Positions 38,218 to 51,610 of a stretch of DNA of 64,000 nucleotides are shown here, in pieces. The translations under genes and the position numbers were made by a program. Position 1 is the first letter of the stretch; every line of letters begins with the position of its first letter. The notes beneath the pieces were generated by a model that was given only the letters and a program-made list of their open reading frames with translations, was not told the origin of the DNA and did not search any database. Location of the stretch: positions 188,447,326-188,511,325 of the forward strand of contig NC_068981.1 in assembly GCF_001194135.2 (NCBI RefSeq). The letters run 5' to 3'. This stretch comes from Octopus bimaculoides (taxonomy: Eukaryota).

Positions 38218-41200
38218 CTGTAAAACCACAATATATTAATGATTGATATATTTTAAAGGAACTAACTGGTGAGAATTTCAAGGCATAAAACATAAAAACC
38301 ATCAGATACATGTATGTTGTGTTGTTTAATTATATCTCAAAGTGTAATCTAATAGTTTGGGATGTTGAAGGTCAATGATTTGTCGCTATAATTATACTTG
38401 AAAAATAATGCAACATTCAAAAAAATATGACTGCATTTGTGATAGGAAAATGTTAGGAAAGCAACAGTAATTAATGTCTTGTTCTAAAATGTTATGAGCC
38501 AACAACTTTTTACTCACACAGGGTATATATAATTTCAATAGATCAGGAATAGAAAAAAGAAGAATTATTGAATAATATGCCAAGCTATGTTAATGTATAA
38601 TATGTATGTAATGGTTTATCATGGAAGCTATATATTTAAGGATCTGATAACATATTCATTGAATCATTGTTGCACTTCATCTGCATCACCACAGCAGACA
38701 ATGCAGACAGGAAGATAAGAATGTAATCTTGTAAACTTGATTGAACCTGTAGTAACTATTCCAAATTTAAACTGATTTGTATCCTTGTCAATGAAATGTT
38801 GATAACAGCTTCAATTAATATATTCTTTTTTTTGTTTGTTTGGAGATATATTGATCCATTGTGGGTCAAGGAGAAACTCTATTGAAATTAAAATTGCAAA
38901 ATAGATATCTGTAAATAATAGAACAGTTTCCATCATAACATATTGTTATCAAAATAAATAACGGATGATCGAATATGCACAGATGAAGAAGCAACATTAT
39001 TTGTAAAATCTATAAAGAAATGTGTAGTTTAGTTGCCATGAACTATAACTTTATATTCATTATCATATACGCAAAGTAATCCTATTAATAAATCTTTAAG
39101 AAAGCAAGCAAAAACGCTTACATCACAGGACAGGTAATCTTACAATAAATGTATAAAAATACAAAGAGGCTTTTCCTTAATGCTGGTAAATGTAAACCAG
39201 TTTTTTATAGTATAGTTAAATGGGGACTCATATCTTTAATGTAGAGAGCAAAAAGGGAAAAAAGAATCAATTCAAATTTCATCTGTAAGGAGGAGTAAAG
39301 TCATTAGCTTTAATGATATCACTACTTAAAGTTACCTAATCAGTGAATGATTTTTTTTCATTCAAAATATGTATATTCTCTGTTATTCAAAGATATAGTA
39401 AATATGGTTACGACTATGCTTTGCAGAATATTTTCAGAGTTAATCTGTACCTACCATAGATCAGATTCACTCTCTAATATCTGTCTCCATTCCATTATAA
39501 AATTAGAGTTTCAATACTGTCTCATTGTCTTCTTTTACAAATATTATGGACATTATGGAATCTTCATTAGTCAAACAATTTTTGGCTCACTACATTATGT
39601 TAATCCCTACTTAACTATATAATATACATACAATGTGATGCCAGCCTGATGAACATTCTGCACTTCCCAGAAATATTTCTGAGCAAAAACACAGTGATAA
39701 TTGATATTTCCATGTCAGAAGTATTTTGGTAGCTTTCTCAGACAAGTGAAATGAATAAAAGAAAAAAACCCTTAGTTGAAGAACATGAAAGTGTCAGTGA
39801 CAAAAAGAGTATCCCATTTGTAAAACATCTCTCGAATGTGTATTTGTCTAACCATTGCCAGCATGGAAAAACCTATAAAACTGAAGGAACAAATGGATGA
39901 AGTATGGAAAATATATTTTGTTTCGTATGAATAGCGTTTCTATTAGTTTTGGTAGTAAATTACAGCTGGATGAGTAGAAAATATGAATGATGTGAATTTC
40001 ATGCATCCAATTATTCTAAGTGAATTAAGAACTACATAGGTAAGAGGCATTTTATACGTCATAATGAGACAGATGACATGTGAGGGATAATAAAATTCTG
40101 CTGCTGTAGATGACAAAGTGTAGTCAATCAAATCAAATGCAGCAACTTGCTGAAACATTTTATTCTCCGTGGATAGATGAAAGGCAAAATTGATCGCAGC
40201 AGAATATACTTCCAGAAATATGAGGATTTGAATTGGATATCATAAAGAATTTAATCTGGTGTGCTAGTATTTGTGTTACGTCTTACTATGAAGCCTGTAC
40301 ATGGTTTCTCGACCTGCAAGAAATAGCAGCCAAATCTCTCTCAAATCATACCCTACCTTTTGATAATGTAATCTTCAATATGCGATGCCTGAGGGAAGAA
40401 TAAAATGGTCATAAATGGAAGAGTTTTGATCTTTAGTCTGCTCCGTCAGGTTTTTATTTCATCCAACATGCATGGTTAGCATAGCGTGCATTTTCCTTCA
40501 CTTTTAAACCATTTTGAATGTTATGTATTTAATGAAAATCTTTTAGATTTCTTTTTGTCATGTGATCACATGACTGACCAGACTATCAGATGTTATTACA
40601 CATCATTGATCACAATGCACTTTGCATTGTTTTAATCTTCAAACCGCACCAGCCTACAGGCTAGTCGAGCAAGTCGACACTCCCCACTGAACACAAGGGG
40701 GACTAGAACAATGTGAAATGAAGTGTTTTACTCAAGTGTACAACTTACCACCCAGCCTGGGAATAGAACTCACAATTTAGCAACCATGAGTGCAAGTGCC
40801 TAACCACTAGGCCATGTGCCTTCACATTTCACTTGGATATATTGGACAAGCCTTTGAGAATTAGTCGTTTCACATTGTGAAGAGTGTTGCTTATTATCAA
40901 GCAGTATTATTAACATAAAATAACTTCTCAATGTTTTGCATTTTTCGACCATTTATTATACATAATACAGCTTCCAGGATTTGTCAGTGTCCCAGTTTGC
41001 CTTAATTTCAACAGTGTAGACAGTTCTAACTTGAGTTCACTCATTAGACTGCGGCCATGCTGGGGTACTACCCTGAAGAATTTTAATCAAACAAACTGAC
41101 TCCAATACTTGATTTTTTTTTAAAGCCTAGTATTTACCCTGTTAATGTCTTTTACTGATCCATTATGTTATATGGACATAAACACACCTACACCAGTTGT

Positions 41201-41497
41201 CAAGCAGTGATGGGGGACAAACACAGGCATAGACACATGCCCATGATGCCACACAAAACCATATGGTTGGGAAGCAAGTTTTTTACCACACAGCTGCACC
41301 AATACCTATAAGGCAGACTCTATCACTTCATTCTACCAGTTCAGGAATAGAAATATATTGAGCATTAGGCATATGTTTTAGAAAGTACCTTTGTAAACAG
41401 TGGAATGAGTTGAATAAAAATTGCATCATAAGTAGTCAATCACCTTTTGTTCAGAAGGAGACAAAATGGTAATTTTCTTCGCTACTATGATGGTGAC

Positions 41498-41883
41498 GTG
41501 GAGGCGCAATGGCCCAGTGGTTAGGGCAGCGGACTCGCGGTCATAGGATCGCGGTTTCGATTCCCAGACCGGGCGTTGTGAGTGTTTATTGGGCGAAAAC
41601 ACCTAAAGCTCCACGAGGCTCCAGCAGGGGATGGTGGTGAACCCTGCTCTACTCTTTCACCACAACTTTCTCTCACTCTTTCTTTCTGTTTCTGTTGTAC
41701 CTGTAATTCAAAGGGTCAGCCTTGTCACAATGTGTCACGCTGAATATCCCCGAGAACTACATTAAGGGTACACGTGTCTGTGGAGTGCTCAGCCACTTGC
41801 ACGTTAATTTCACGAGCAGGCTATTCCATTGATCGGATCAACTGGAACCCTCGACGTCGTAAGCGATGGAGTGCCAACAACAA
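41498..41883 (+). mobile_element. SINE family B, intact, with 12-bp target-site duplication
   Basis: A box tggcccagtggtt, B box ggtttcgattccc, (aac)n end; tatgatggtgac at 41486-41497 and 41884-41895. Confidence 0.9.
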
Positions 41884-42152
41884 TATGATGGTGACATTTA
41901 GACTTAGAATACGAGATGTACGATAAGAAGAAAAAAGACAATTGTCATCACTTGCATACAAGTGTGATATAGTAATATGTACCATGCTTTCATTAATTGT
42001 TTTAGGTGCCAATGTTGTCATGAGTGGACATAGGTGTTGTCTCAGCTCTGTGACACCTGGAGGAAGAAAGGGGAATGGACCAGCACAAATCCAGTTCCTA
42101 TCTTCAGCAGAGTAGATTGGAGCAACATAAAATGAAGTGCCATGCACTCTGG

Positions 42153-42318
42153 CAGGGCTGGCTCAAGGTACCAGCAACTCAGGTAGTTGCCCGGGCTGCC
42201 ACGTGCTAGGGAGTGTGTAGGGGGACATGGCAAAGATAAAGAAATTTCCACAATCATCAACTTGTACACACCAAAGTTCAACTTGATCAGGGCACCAGCA
42301 ACCCTAGGGCTGGCCCTA
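42153..42318. mobile_element. Small hAT-like MITE, diverged
   Basis: cagggctggctcaagg ... ccctagggctggcccta; imperfect 8-bp flanks cactctgg / ctcactgg. Confidence 0.4.
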
Positions 42319-42957
42319 CTCACTGGTACAATGTACTACCCAGTATAGGAATTGAACCCATGATTTTAATATCAAGAATTCAACCACTAGGTCACATCTT
42401 AAACCTAATAAAGGCTTGTTTTCTTTTAAAACCAGAGCAATATTTTCACCTTTTAAAACTTTGTTTATAATTAAAAATAAACATCAATATTTCCATGAAA
42501 GCCTTTATAATTACAAGCTAGAATATACATATTTACAATGAAAATCTATAATTACATCTATAATTACAGTTATAAAATCTATTATTACAATTAAAGCATC
42601 TATAATTGCAATTAAAAATAAACATCTCTTATTAAAACTGAAAATTCTATAATTACAAGAAAACTTAGGATGAAATTATGGATACAAAATGGAGGACAAA
42701 TGCAGTTCTTTTTTATATAAATTTTCGTGCATCTATTTTGAATTATTTTCTAAAATTTATCTTTTAATTCTTACTTGTTTCAGTCATTAGACTGTGACCA
42801 TGCTGGGGCACTGCCTTGAAGAGGTTTTAGTTCAATGAATTAACTCCCAGTCCTTATTTTGTTTTTGCAGGCTGAACTGCTAGGTTACAGGGATGTAAAC
42901 ACCCCAACACTGGTTGTCAAGCAGTGGTGGGAAAACACACACACACACAGATATATC

Positions 42958-43283
42958 ATCATCATCATCATCATCGTTTAACGTCCGCTTTCCATGCTAG
43001 CATGGGTTAGACGATCTGACTAACGACTGGTGAACCGGATGGCTGCACCAGGCTCCAATCTGATTGGCAGAGTTTCTACAGCTGGATGCCCTTCCTAACG
43101 CCAACCATTCTGAGAGTGTAGTGGGTGCTTTTACGTGCCACCGGCACGAGGGCCAGTCAGACGGTACTGGCAATGGCCATGCTCAAAATGGTGTATTTTA
43201 CGTGCCACCTACACAGGAGCCAGTCCAGCTGCACTGGCAACGATCTAGCTCGAATGTCTTTTCACGTGCCACTGGCACAAGTG

Positions 43284-43285
<2 letters not shown>
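42958..43285 (-). mobile_element. Family R tail, young copy
   Basis: (cat)n-cgtttaacgtccgctttccatgctagcatggg...; a near-identical copy lies at 44270-44540. Confidence 0.85.
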
Positions 43286-43322
<37 letters not shown>

Positions 43323-43589
43323 GTACATATATGGTTGTGAAGGCATGTGGCCCAGTGGTTAGCGTGTCTGATCGGCGAGTGGTGGTGGGGGGAATATTGG
43401 CATGCTTGCTTATCCAGCAGGGTGGCATCATTTGTGAAGCGCAGTGTGACCAGCGATGTATAACAACATCCAATAGTCTGGTCAATACTGCAGAACTGGA
43501 GATGAGATCTGAAAATTGGTCATTGCATATTCTGAAAGATAATGCATGTTGTTCGGAGTTATTAATACTACTGCTAAATAATTTACATT

Positions 43590-44095
43590 TTCTCTCTATC
43601 ATTTACAGACCTCATTACAATTCTTTACCATTTGAAGGCCCAATTATGACTGGAGATCTTTGGTGAATATGCACCACAAAAGACAGGCGTTTCTCTTTCT
43701 GTTGAGGAAATATTTCAACCTTCAACAACTACTTATTCTCTACAATTCTCAGGTGAAACTCACAATGGGGCACTACTCCCACATTTGGAACAGTGCTGCT
43801 GCTACATGCACAAGCATCCCAGACTGCATCCAGAGAAAGGCCAGTTGGCATAAAATCACTCATATCAGACTTATGGCACACATATAATATAGTGGTCTCA
43901 TGACTTTTTGAGTTATGTAGCCTGTGCTACTTCTCCTCAGGCACTCTTGTCTCACTTCTCTGATCAATCATTCTGAGTCTAACCTTGAACTAATCACTGT
44001 TTCCTGTCCTTTCTTTCCCAAAATATCAGCCCTCTGGTACTCTCTCCCTTCACTTGTCTTTTTGCAGTCTGACATTAATTTCACTCATCTACAAA
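43590..44095 (+). mobile_element. CR1/Jockey-like LINE, RT C-terminal relic
   Basis: LLILYNSQVKLTMGHYSHIWNSAA...CIQRKA and FFPKISALWYSLPSLVF resemble LYKAQVRPxMEYCSHIW...RIQRKA and SFFPRTxxLWNSLP. Confidence 0.7.
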
Positions 44096-44535
44096 ATTCT
44101 TTTATTCTTTTATTTGTTTCAGTCACTTGACTGCAGCCATGCTGGAGCACTGCCTTGAAACGTTATTAAGTTAAGTTCCACTGAGACCTAAGTTCAAAAC
44201 GTTTCAGGGAAGGCCACAGATACAAGCTCTTCTTTCTGAACAACCCATTATAATAATAATCATCTTCATCATCATCATCATCATCGCCGTTTAACGTCCG
44301 CTTTCCATGCTAGTATGGGTTGGACGATTTGACTGAGGACCGGTGAACCGGATGGCTGCACCAGGCTCCAATCTGATTTGGCAGAGTTTCTACAGCTGGA
44401 TGCCCTTCCTAACACCAACCACTCTGAGAGTGTAGTGGGTGCTTTTACATGCCACTGGCACGAGGGCCAGTCAGGTGGTACTGGCGACAGCCACGCTCGA
44501 AATGGTGTATTTTACGTGCCACCTGCACAGGAACC

Positions 44536-44566
<31 letters not shown>

Positions 44567-45016
44567 ATTCAGTAATTCAATGAAACATCTGCAATAAGAT
44601 CTCAATGTACAACCCCAAAAATTAAGTTTAATATTTTATCTATTCAATCATAGAATTTAAAAAATGTTTTCTGATTACAGAAAGTTTAATATTTCATTTT
44701 AAACTAAGATATTTACAATTAAACTTTACTTGTTTTGGACAAGCTTTTTGTTTTTTTAATTCTTTGCAATATAAAGTTTATTGACAGCTTTGAAATATCA
44801 GTTGGTAAAACATTAACTATTGAATGGTTGCTCATTTGGAGAATAATCAATATCCAGTCTCATGAATTTTATTTTCCATTAATAAATGTTAAATATCTCT
44901 GCAGGTGTGTTCATTCAGACAAAATTCCTTCAGAAACATTAAATTCAAGGAAGAAGTCTTTTACATTTGTTCATTTTTTTTTTTTTCTTTTTTGATTTTT
45001 TTCTTTCTCACTATAG

Positions 45017-45066
45017 TTGGCCTGTCTCCAATTATTTCATTTGTTGAAAATAACATGAGTATTAAT
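45017..45066 (+). CDS. Candidate 50-nt exon (xGLSPIISFVENNMSIN)
   Basis: Long pyrimidine tract ...ttctttctcactatag| and AAT|gtaagt donor; only one frame open (phase 1 to 0). Confidence 0.3.
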
Positions 45067-45545
45067 GTAAGTTTACAAACTATAAAACTAAAAACAAAGA
45101 ACAAATTGAATTTGTTATGAAATAAGGTGTTTAAAAGATTAATAAAATGTAATATCAATGCAGTATGATGAAGATTATTAAATAGGAGATCTTTGAATGA
45201 TTTACATACAATGTTAACACTTAGATTTATCTGATTTGCATTGAAAGATTTTGTTTATGTTTGTCTAATCTGAATATGTGACTGATTGCTAATGTTTACT
45301 CTTAAGTTTTCTAAATATTCCCACATTAGCATGCAACGTAGAAGCATTTCAAAAGCCATAACAACAATAGCAATATTAGATGACACTGTTATTTAGCCCT
45401 AAGTCTGAGCAAGCAGACTTATGATCAAAAGCCTTCCAGCTATGACTATCCTGTCTTTATTTTTTTCCTTAGGTATGTAGGACTGCATAATTGAATGTGT
45501 TCTTTCATTATTTAAGATGGCAGGGTGTGATTTAATCCTTTAGCA

Positions 45546-45847
45546 CATAGGTTCTCAAAGAGGGCACTACTGCCCTCTGGTGGGCATTGAGACAGTCCAG
45601 GTGGGCGCTGGTGCCTAAGAGAAAAAGGAGGCATTGGAAGGAAGGCAGTGAAATGGGGGACGCTATGAATTTATAATATCATTGTAGTATTGTATACAAA
45701 TTATATAATATTATATTAAATGATTCATAGTATATATAAATTAGTAAAATATAAAATATTTATCTATACATAAAATAGGGAATAGGGGCTGAGGGTATTA
45801 TGCGGCCATGAGGGGGTGTGGTGGGCCAAAAGGTTTGAGAACCTCTG
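45546..45847. mobile_element. hAT (Charlie-like) MITE, 302 bp
   Basis: TIRs cataggttctcaaag / gtttgagaacctctg; 8-bp TSD ctttagca / ctttaaca. Confidence 0.8.
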
Positions 45848-45989
45848 CTTTAACATTTCGACCAGCCATATCCAGAAAAAGTATTTTACCTGTATTATCT
45901 TTAAACCAATCAGATCTGGCCTCTTATACCTGCCCTACAATGACATTTTAAAAATACACAATCTCATTATTTAAAAGCTGAGATAATGC

Positions 45990-46358
45990 ATGCATGGCTG
46001 TGTGGTAAGTAGCTTGCTTACCAACCACATAATTCCGGGTTCAGTCCCACTGCATAGTACCTTGGGCAAGTGTCCTCTACTAGAGTTTTGGGGCTAACCA
46101 AAGTCTTGTGAGTGGATTTGGTAGACGGAAACTGAAAGAAGCCCGTCATATGTGTGTGTGTTTGTGCGTCTGTGTTTGTTCCCCAACCATTGCTTGACAA
46201 CCAATGCTAGCGTGTTTACGTCCCCATAACTTAACAGTTCAGCAAAAGAGACTGATAGAATAAGTACTAGGCTTACAAAGAATAAGTCCTAGGGTCGATT
46301 TGTTCAACTAAAGGCAGTGCTCCAGCATGGCCACAGTCAAATGAAAGAGTAAAAGAGA
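45990..46358 (+). mobile_element. SINE family A, full length
   Basis: gcatggctgtgtggtaagtagcttgc...ggttcagtccc...gtcaaatgaaagagtaaaagag. Confidence 0.9.
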
Positions 46359-46489
46359 TCACTTCAAAACAATGTGAATGAATAAACATTACATTTGCCT
46401 GAGTAATCTGAATGCCAACGCGTAAAAGGGTATTTGGCTGTTATTTCTAATTAATCAAGTAACCATAGACTCCCTCATTAGCTTATTAA

Positions 46490-46782
46490 CCCATTACCTA
46501 CCAGTGATCTCATATGAGATCACTTAAAAATTACAAATTTCGTACTTATCTGTCAATATTTACAAATATCTAACCTTTTTGCTATATCTACTAGGTATAT
46601 TTCTCTGATATTCAAATGAGGTTTGCTAAATTTTTCACCCAATATCTCGCTTATTTCTATTTAAAATGTTATTTTGAAATGTTATTTTGATCATTCCAGC
46701 GTGTTTCTAAGGCTGTTTTATGCTAGAAATCAAAGTTTCATAAAAAAAAATTCCAGTTAATAGAATTATGAGAGGTAATGGG
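46490..46782. mobile_element. piggyBac-like MITE
   Basis: TTAA|cccattacct ... aggtaatggg|TTAA. Confidence 0.7.
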
Positions 46783-47341
46783 TTAAAGTACTAATTGGTG
46801 GTAATGGTTAGTCTCCTCTTTTCTTTTATTTGTCCTCTTTCTTCACTCAGAAGATAAATGGTTTCTTTCTATACTTTTGGTATCTGTTTGACACTGAACT
46901 TTGACAACTCCTTTCTATAATCAACCTATTTACCTATCTGCTCCGTTATACTTCTGCTTCATACAAATTCTGAGTTACATATCCATTTGAATGTTGCCAT
47001 AGCTTTCTGTGTCTTTTGTATGCTTGCAAACGAAATATAATTAAAAAAAAAAAAAAAAAAACCTAATTTACTATATCAGGAAATTAACTTGTGCTTTCAA
47101 CTAGCTATCTTCCAGTTCAAGATAATAGCAATTAATTATAAAATCTGCCATACACTTTGGTTAAATATTAATTTGTTTTTATTTTTCAAATTTCTCATTG
47201 TCATTTATTTTTCTGATCAATATTTGAAATTTTGTTGTGTGTTTCTTTCCAAACAAACAAACCCAAGATATTTTAGAAGTAACATTGTTGCTATCAAAGG
47301 ACATAGAAAATGAAAATTCATCTATTTACCTCTTTTTATAG

Positions 47342-47509
47342 TTAATCTCATGCCTATTCAAGACATTTCAAATGGATGAAGGAACCGGATATCTGAAACG
47401 GACATTGAATCAATTTTCATTGCTCTCAATTGACAATTTAACCAACTTTACTCTGTTGGGAAATTCAAATGGATGGAATCTCATTTTTCCAATTTTTTAT
47501 GATATATAA
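47342..47509 (+). CDS. Candidate terminal exon (55 aa, LISCLFKTFQMDEGTGYLKR...)
   Basis: tttacctctttttatag| acceptor; phase-0 frame open to TAA at 47507-47509, compatible with exon 45017-45066; no homology recognised. Confidence 0.15.
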   Translation, partial: LISCLFKTFQMDEGTGYLKRTLNQFSLLSIDNLTNFTLLGNSNGWNLIFPIFYDI

Positions 47510-49789
47510 AATTTAAGAAAGAAAGAAATTTAATACAAATGCTAAAACTATTCCATCCTGATGTAGTCTTGTCTAAAGAAATATTTCTTTAGACCCAAAT
47601 AACTAATTGCATTTCTTTATTTATCTATTTATTTTCACAACCAAAGTAATTTGCTACTAAATGATTTCATTAAAAATTGTTTCAAAACAGAAATATAAAT
47701 GTATATACAATAGGATTGATTCAATAAGAGGGAGAGAGAGTGTGTGTGTGTGAGAGATAAAATTCTTAGTAGTCACTCGTCTTGTTGAAATGATTGATAC
47801 ACATATTTTCAATGTCTGTTCCATATTCTGTAGAATTCTCAGTTCAGCCTGTAAAGCTTAATTTTTGTCAGAGACTTCAATCAATTTCAGACAATATTGC
47901 CAAGAATATAATGTTAAGTGAAATAAGGACCACATAAATGCAGACATGAGGAGCTCGAGTGTCCCAGTAATATTGGTAATTATGCATTATAAAAGACGAT
48001 TTCTCAATTTAAAGAAATCTCTGCACTGTGTTTATATTGAAAAACAGTATTAGAACTTATTATGCACAGTTCACTTCATGCAGAGAACAAATCATCTCTG
48101 ATTGATTTCTTTGAAAATAATGACTCAAGTTCTAACAATTAACTGGATTCTAATTTCATCTCTGATTCTTATGAAAACACACACCTGGTTCACCATCAAA
48201 CTTCCAAAAACTTCTCATAAGTGATATACCTTTCTTAAAAAGTGTCTGGAAATAGTTAGTTCAATGGGTAACCTCATTTGTCTGTATTAAAATACCTTAT
48301 TATGAAGCAATTATAATCAGGCAAATAATGTACATATGTAATGTGTGTGTGTTCAAATGTGTTCACATCTCATTATTTTCCTGTTCTTGTGGAACTCCAT
48401 TATTCAATTCAGAACTTGGTTTTCCAACAAGAGAAATGTGATATTGGGTTAGTTTATTGTCAAAATATCTGAGTTGGTTATATTTTATTTTATTTTTTAC
48501 TAGCTTTAAGCTCAAAAGCTGCAGCCATGCTTTTTGTCAAATATAATTCATTAATACGTTTTAATCATACACTAGATTTTTCACAGTCTCTACAAATGTC
48601 TATCTGTAATGCGAGAGCTAAATACATATAGGACAACCGTCATTGATCAGACTCCACTTCAAAGTGATATATTGTCTGTTGAAAGTCTATATATTTTTCT
48701 GTTAAAATTATTGCCTTCTAGCTGTCAATACTGTATTTGCAGTGAGGTGAAAGCAGTGGATAATAGAAATGATAAAGTACTAGAATAAAATGACTTGAAG
48801 TATTTAGTTTCATTCCTCTACATCTTGATAAATTTAATCCATCTAGAATAAATAAAATCAGTGACATGAATGTCCTTGGCTAATTAAATTGTCTCTACTC
48901 CTCCCCAATACATTTGAAGTCTTGAGCCAAAGTCAGAAATCATTATAATGGTCAGAGTGCCAAAAATAAATTTATAGTGTTTTAGTATATATTTTTTATA
49001 AGTTAAATAGTTTCACAAAGATTATAAGCCAACAAAATTCTGGTATAATTAACACTCTTAGGACAGATTAATAGTAACAAATTTCTTCAGGGAAAAAAAA
49101 AACGAACAAAAGCAATGAAACACAAAACAAGAATTCTTCTAGAGAAAGAGAATCCCTTCAGTCAAATGTCTTGGCTCTTAATTCCCTCTAAAAGGAGTTG
49201 AATAACATTCCATTATGATTCCTAAAAAAAATCTTCCAGGTTTGAAACCTAGATATTTTGCCTCTTATCTACTCAGCAGATGTTTTAGTTTTTGTCATCC
49301 ATGAAATCCTTGTGGAAAATAATACTTTTTTCCTATTTAAGTTTTCCATACCCAAGTTAATTTCCCTTCATCTTCAGCCAATATTAATCTTCTTTTGCAA
49401 TTTCTGTTAATGCTCCCAGAACATATGTTTTTACTTTGCTGCTGATATGTTGGAATATTAGGTGTTGATGTATCTGGCAATCCTATTGTACTTACTTTGG
49501 CTTTATATCCAACTTCTTTAAAATCTTAGACCCACTTAAATATATATATCAGAAAAGCAGCAAACATACTACTAAACTGATGTAAGATATTATAAATTCT
49601 TGAATTCTCTCACAAATCTACAAGATGCTTCAAGTTTAATCTTATAATATGTGACTTTGTAACATGTATGATGTTTTCATATCTGTCTTAGTCCTAGTCA
49701 TATATATATGTGTGTGTGTATATGTGTGTATGTGTATGCATGTATATAACTAATTTATCCTTGATTAGTGTTGCTGAGTATTGAGAAAG

Positions 49790-50460
49790 GGGGCAATGCC
49801 CATGGACTTGCAGGCTCTCCTAAATCAATATGACTGATGCCCTTAATGTTCCTGTTGAACCTTTGCAAGCCAACAGTTGCAAGAAGATATGAGCAGGGAA
49901 GAAATTCCAGAAGGGCTGCATTCTGGGAAGGGAAAACTGGGTGTGGTGATTAGTACAGGGCCTGGAGATTGGTTACAACAAAAGTATTGAAAGGAAGTAA
50001 GATTAGTGGGTTTTGAATGGTGAAATGGAGACAGAAAAGCCCAACCAGCTCCAAGAAATAAAGACTATTACAATACAGATGAAAAGAAAAAACAGTGTAT
50101 CTGTTGACCTGATGCTGAGGGTGTTTATGAGTCATGTTATGTCAATGTCTGTGTGTAGCAGCAGTAGCAGCAGTAATCTAATGTGAGAGCAGTACTCCAG
50201 TGTAGGCTTTGCTTGGACTTTGTAGAGTATCAATGACTCTTGGTAGCTGAAGACTCTTGGTAGCTGAAGACTCTTCTGGCTTTAAAGACAAACGCTAGTC
50301 ATTAGGATGCTGTCCTAGCAATGTTAAGGATGTGCTTGTTGTCAGGCAAGATCCTCGGTGATTGTGAGACTCAGCAATGAGGGTGTCTATAAGGGCCCTA
50401 GTTGACTCATGAGTAAGGTGGGTGTGGTATGATGATGCTTTCCTGATAAGTGTAACGTGT
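49790..50460 (-). mobile_element. CR1/Jockey-like LINE, RT C-terminal relic (same family as 43.6 kb)
   Basis: Minus translation LILYKVQAKPTLEYCSHI and FSLPRMQPFWNFFPAHIF; internal 17-bp tandem duplication ctcttggtagctgaaga. Confidence 0.65.
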
Positions 50461-51610
50461 TTTCTTGTTGTTAAAAGAGACAAAATTGGTATATTGGGGA
50501 TATGTTTGTGGGGTCAGTTTGAATTTGACATGTAATGTAAATATAGTTAATTACAAATTTTGAGGTCCACTGTATTGTGTTAGCACACAGAAATTATATC
50601 TTTGTCATGCCGAGGATGTCTGAAAAAATTCACCAATTTATTATTTTTAGTTGTCAAATCAGTTAATAATTGTCCACTTAAAATGTTATATGTGACACAC
50701 ATCTAAGATTTGGTAATATTGTGCTTCACTGAAGGGGTAAAATAATGCAAAAACATATCTAGAGTTGTCACTCTACTTGCCAAGGGTTAACTACATGAAG
50801 TATGTTAGACTACACTTAACTATATATTCTTTGCACAGATGCCATCACTGGGAAATTTCCTCTAGTTAAAATATTTTAGTATTTCACTTATGTTGTTTAA
50901 TAATTACAGTGGGTATAATTGAGAATTCAGGCAAGTTTGTACAATTTTTACCTGAAATTGAAGAAGTTTGAATATTGCTTTGAAATTATATTTAACAGAT
51001 TGTATAATTCCGTGTAACATATTGCTTCTTGTCTGGCATTTATTATTTTTTTTATATTGACCCTAACATAATCAAATATCATCTCTAATTGCTTTGTTTC
51101 AAAGTATACTTGCTGTATCTGTGTTTTGATTGTTACTTATCATTATACATTTCAAAATATCTCATCTGTTTGCTGTACATATGAGTAATATTTTCTTTTA
51201 TGTATTTGGATCCATGCATCTAATATATCATCTCTTTCTCAATTAGCTTGTGTATTCAGTAGATCTCTCAAGCACATCAATGCATCAAAGCAGCCACATT
51301 TACTCCATTCCTTGTCAGTTACAGCAAAACCTTTCCTTTCATCTGCAATGCTTCGTTACATCACCAGTCATAATGCATAAATCATAAAGCATAGTTTTCA
51401 TTCAAAAAGAATTTGCAATTGATGTCAGCATTAATTCTGTCGATAGTTTTCACATGTTCCAATGGGTTATTTGTGTTGCATAACCTTATCTCACATAGAT
51501 TCCTTTACCTTTCTCTATAAATGATGATATGCATTTATATAAATAGACAATGGATTATACGATTTTATAGTGAAGCTTATATATATTGATATCCAAAGAC
51601 ACAATATGCT

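Noticed and set aside
41498-41575. tRNA gene calls for SINE heads (also 23390-23463 and 53519-53591)
   Set aside because: A and B boxes are present but they run into repeat bodies and lack a proper acceptor stem.
40011-47937. Apparent paralogous C-termini ILSELRTT* (about 40.0 kb) and MLSEIRTT* (about 47.9 kb) with synonymous-looking differences
   Set aside because: Only 21/27 nt match and nothing aligns upstream; my rough estimate is that hundreds of such matches arise by chance in a 64-kb AT-rich self-comparison, and the 40 kb frame has a stop just upstream.
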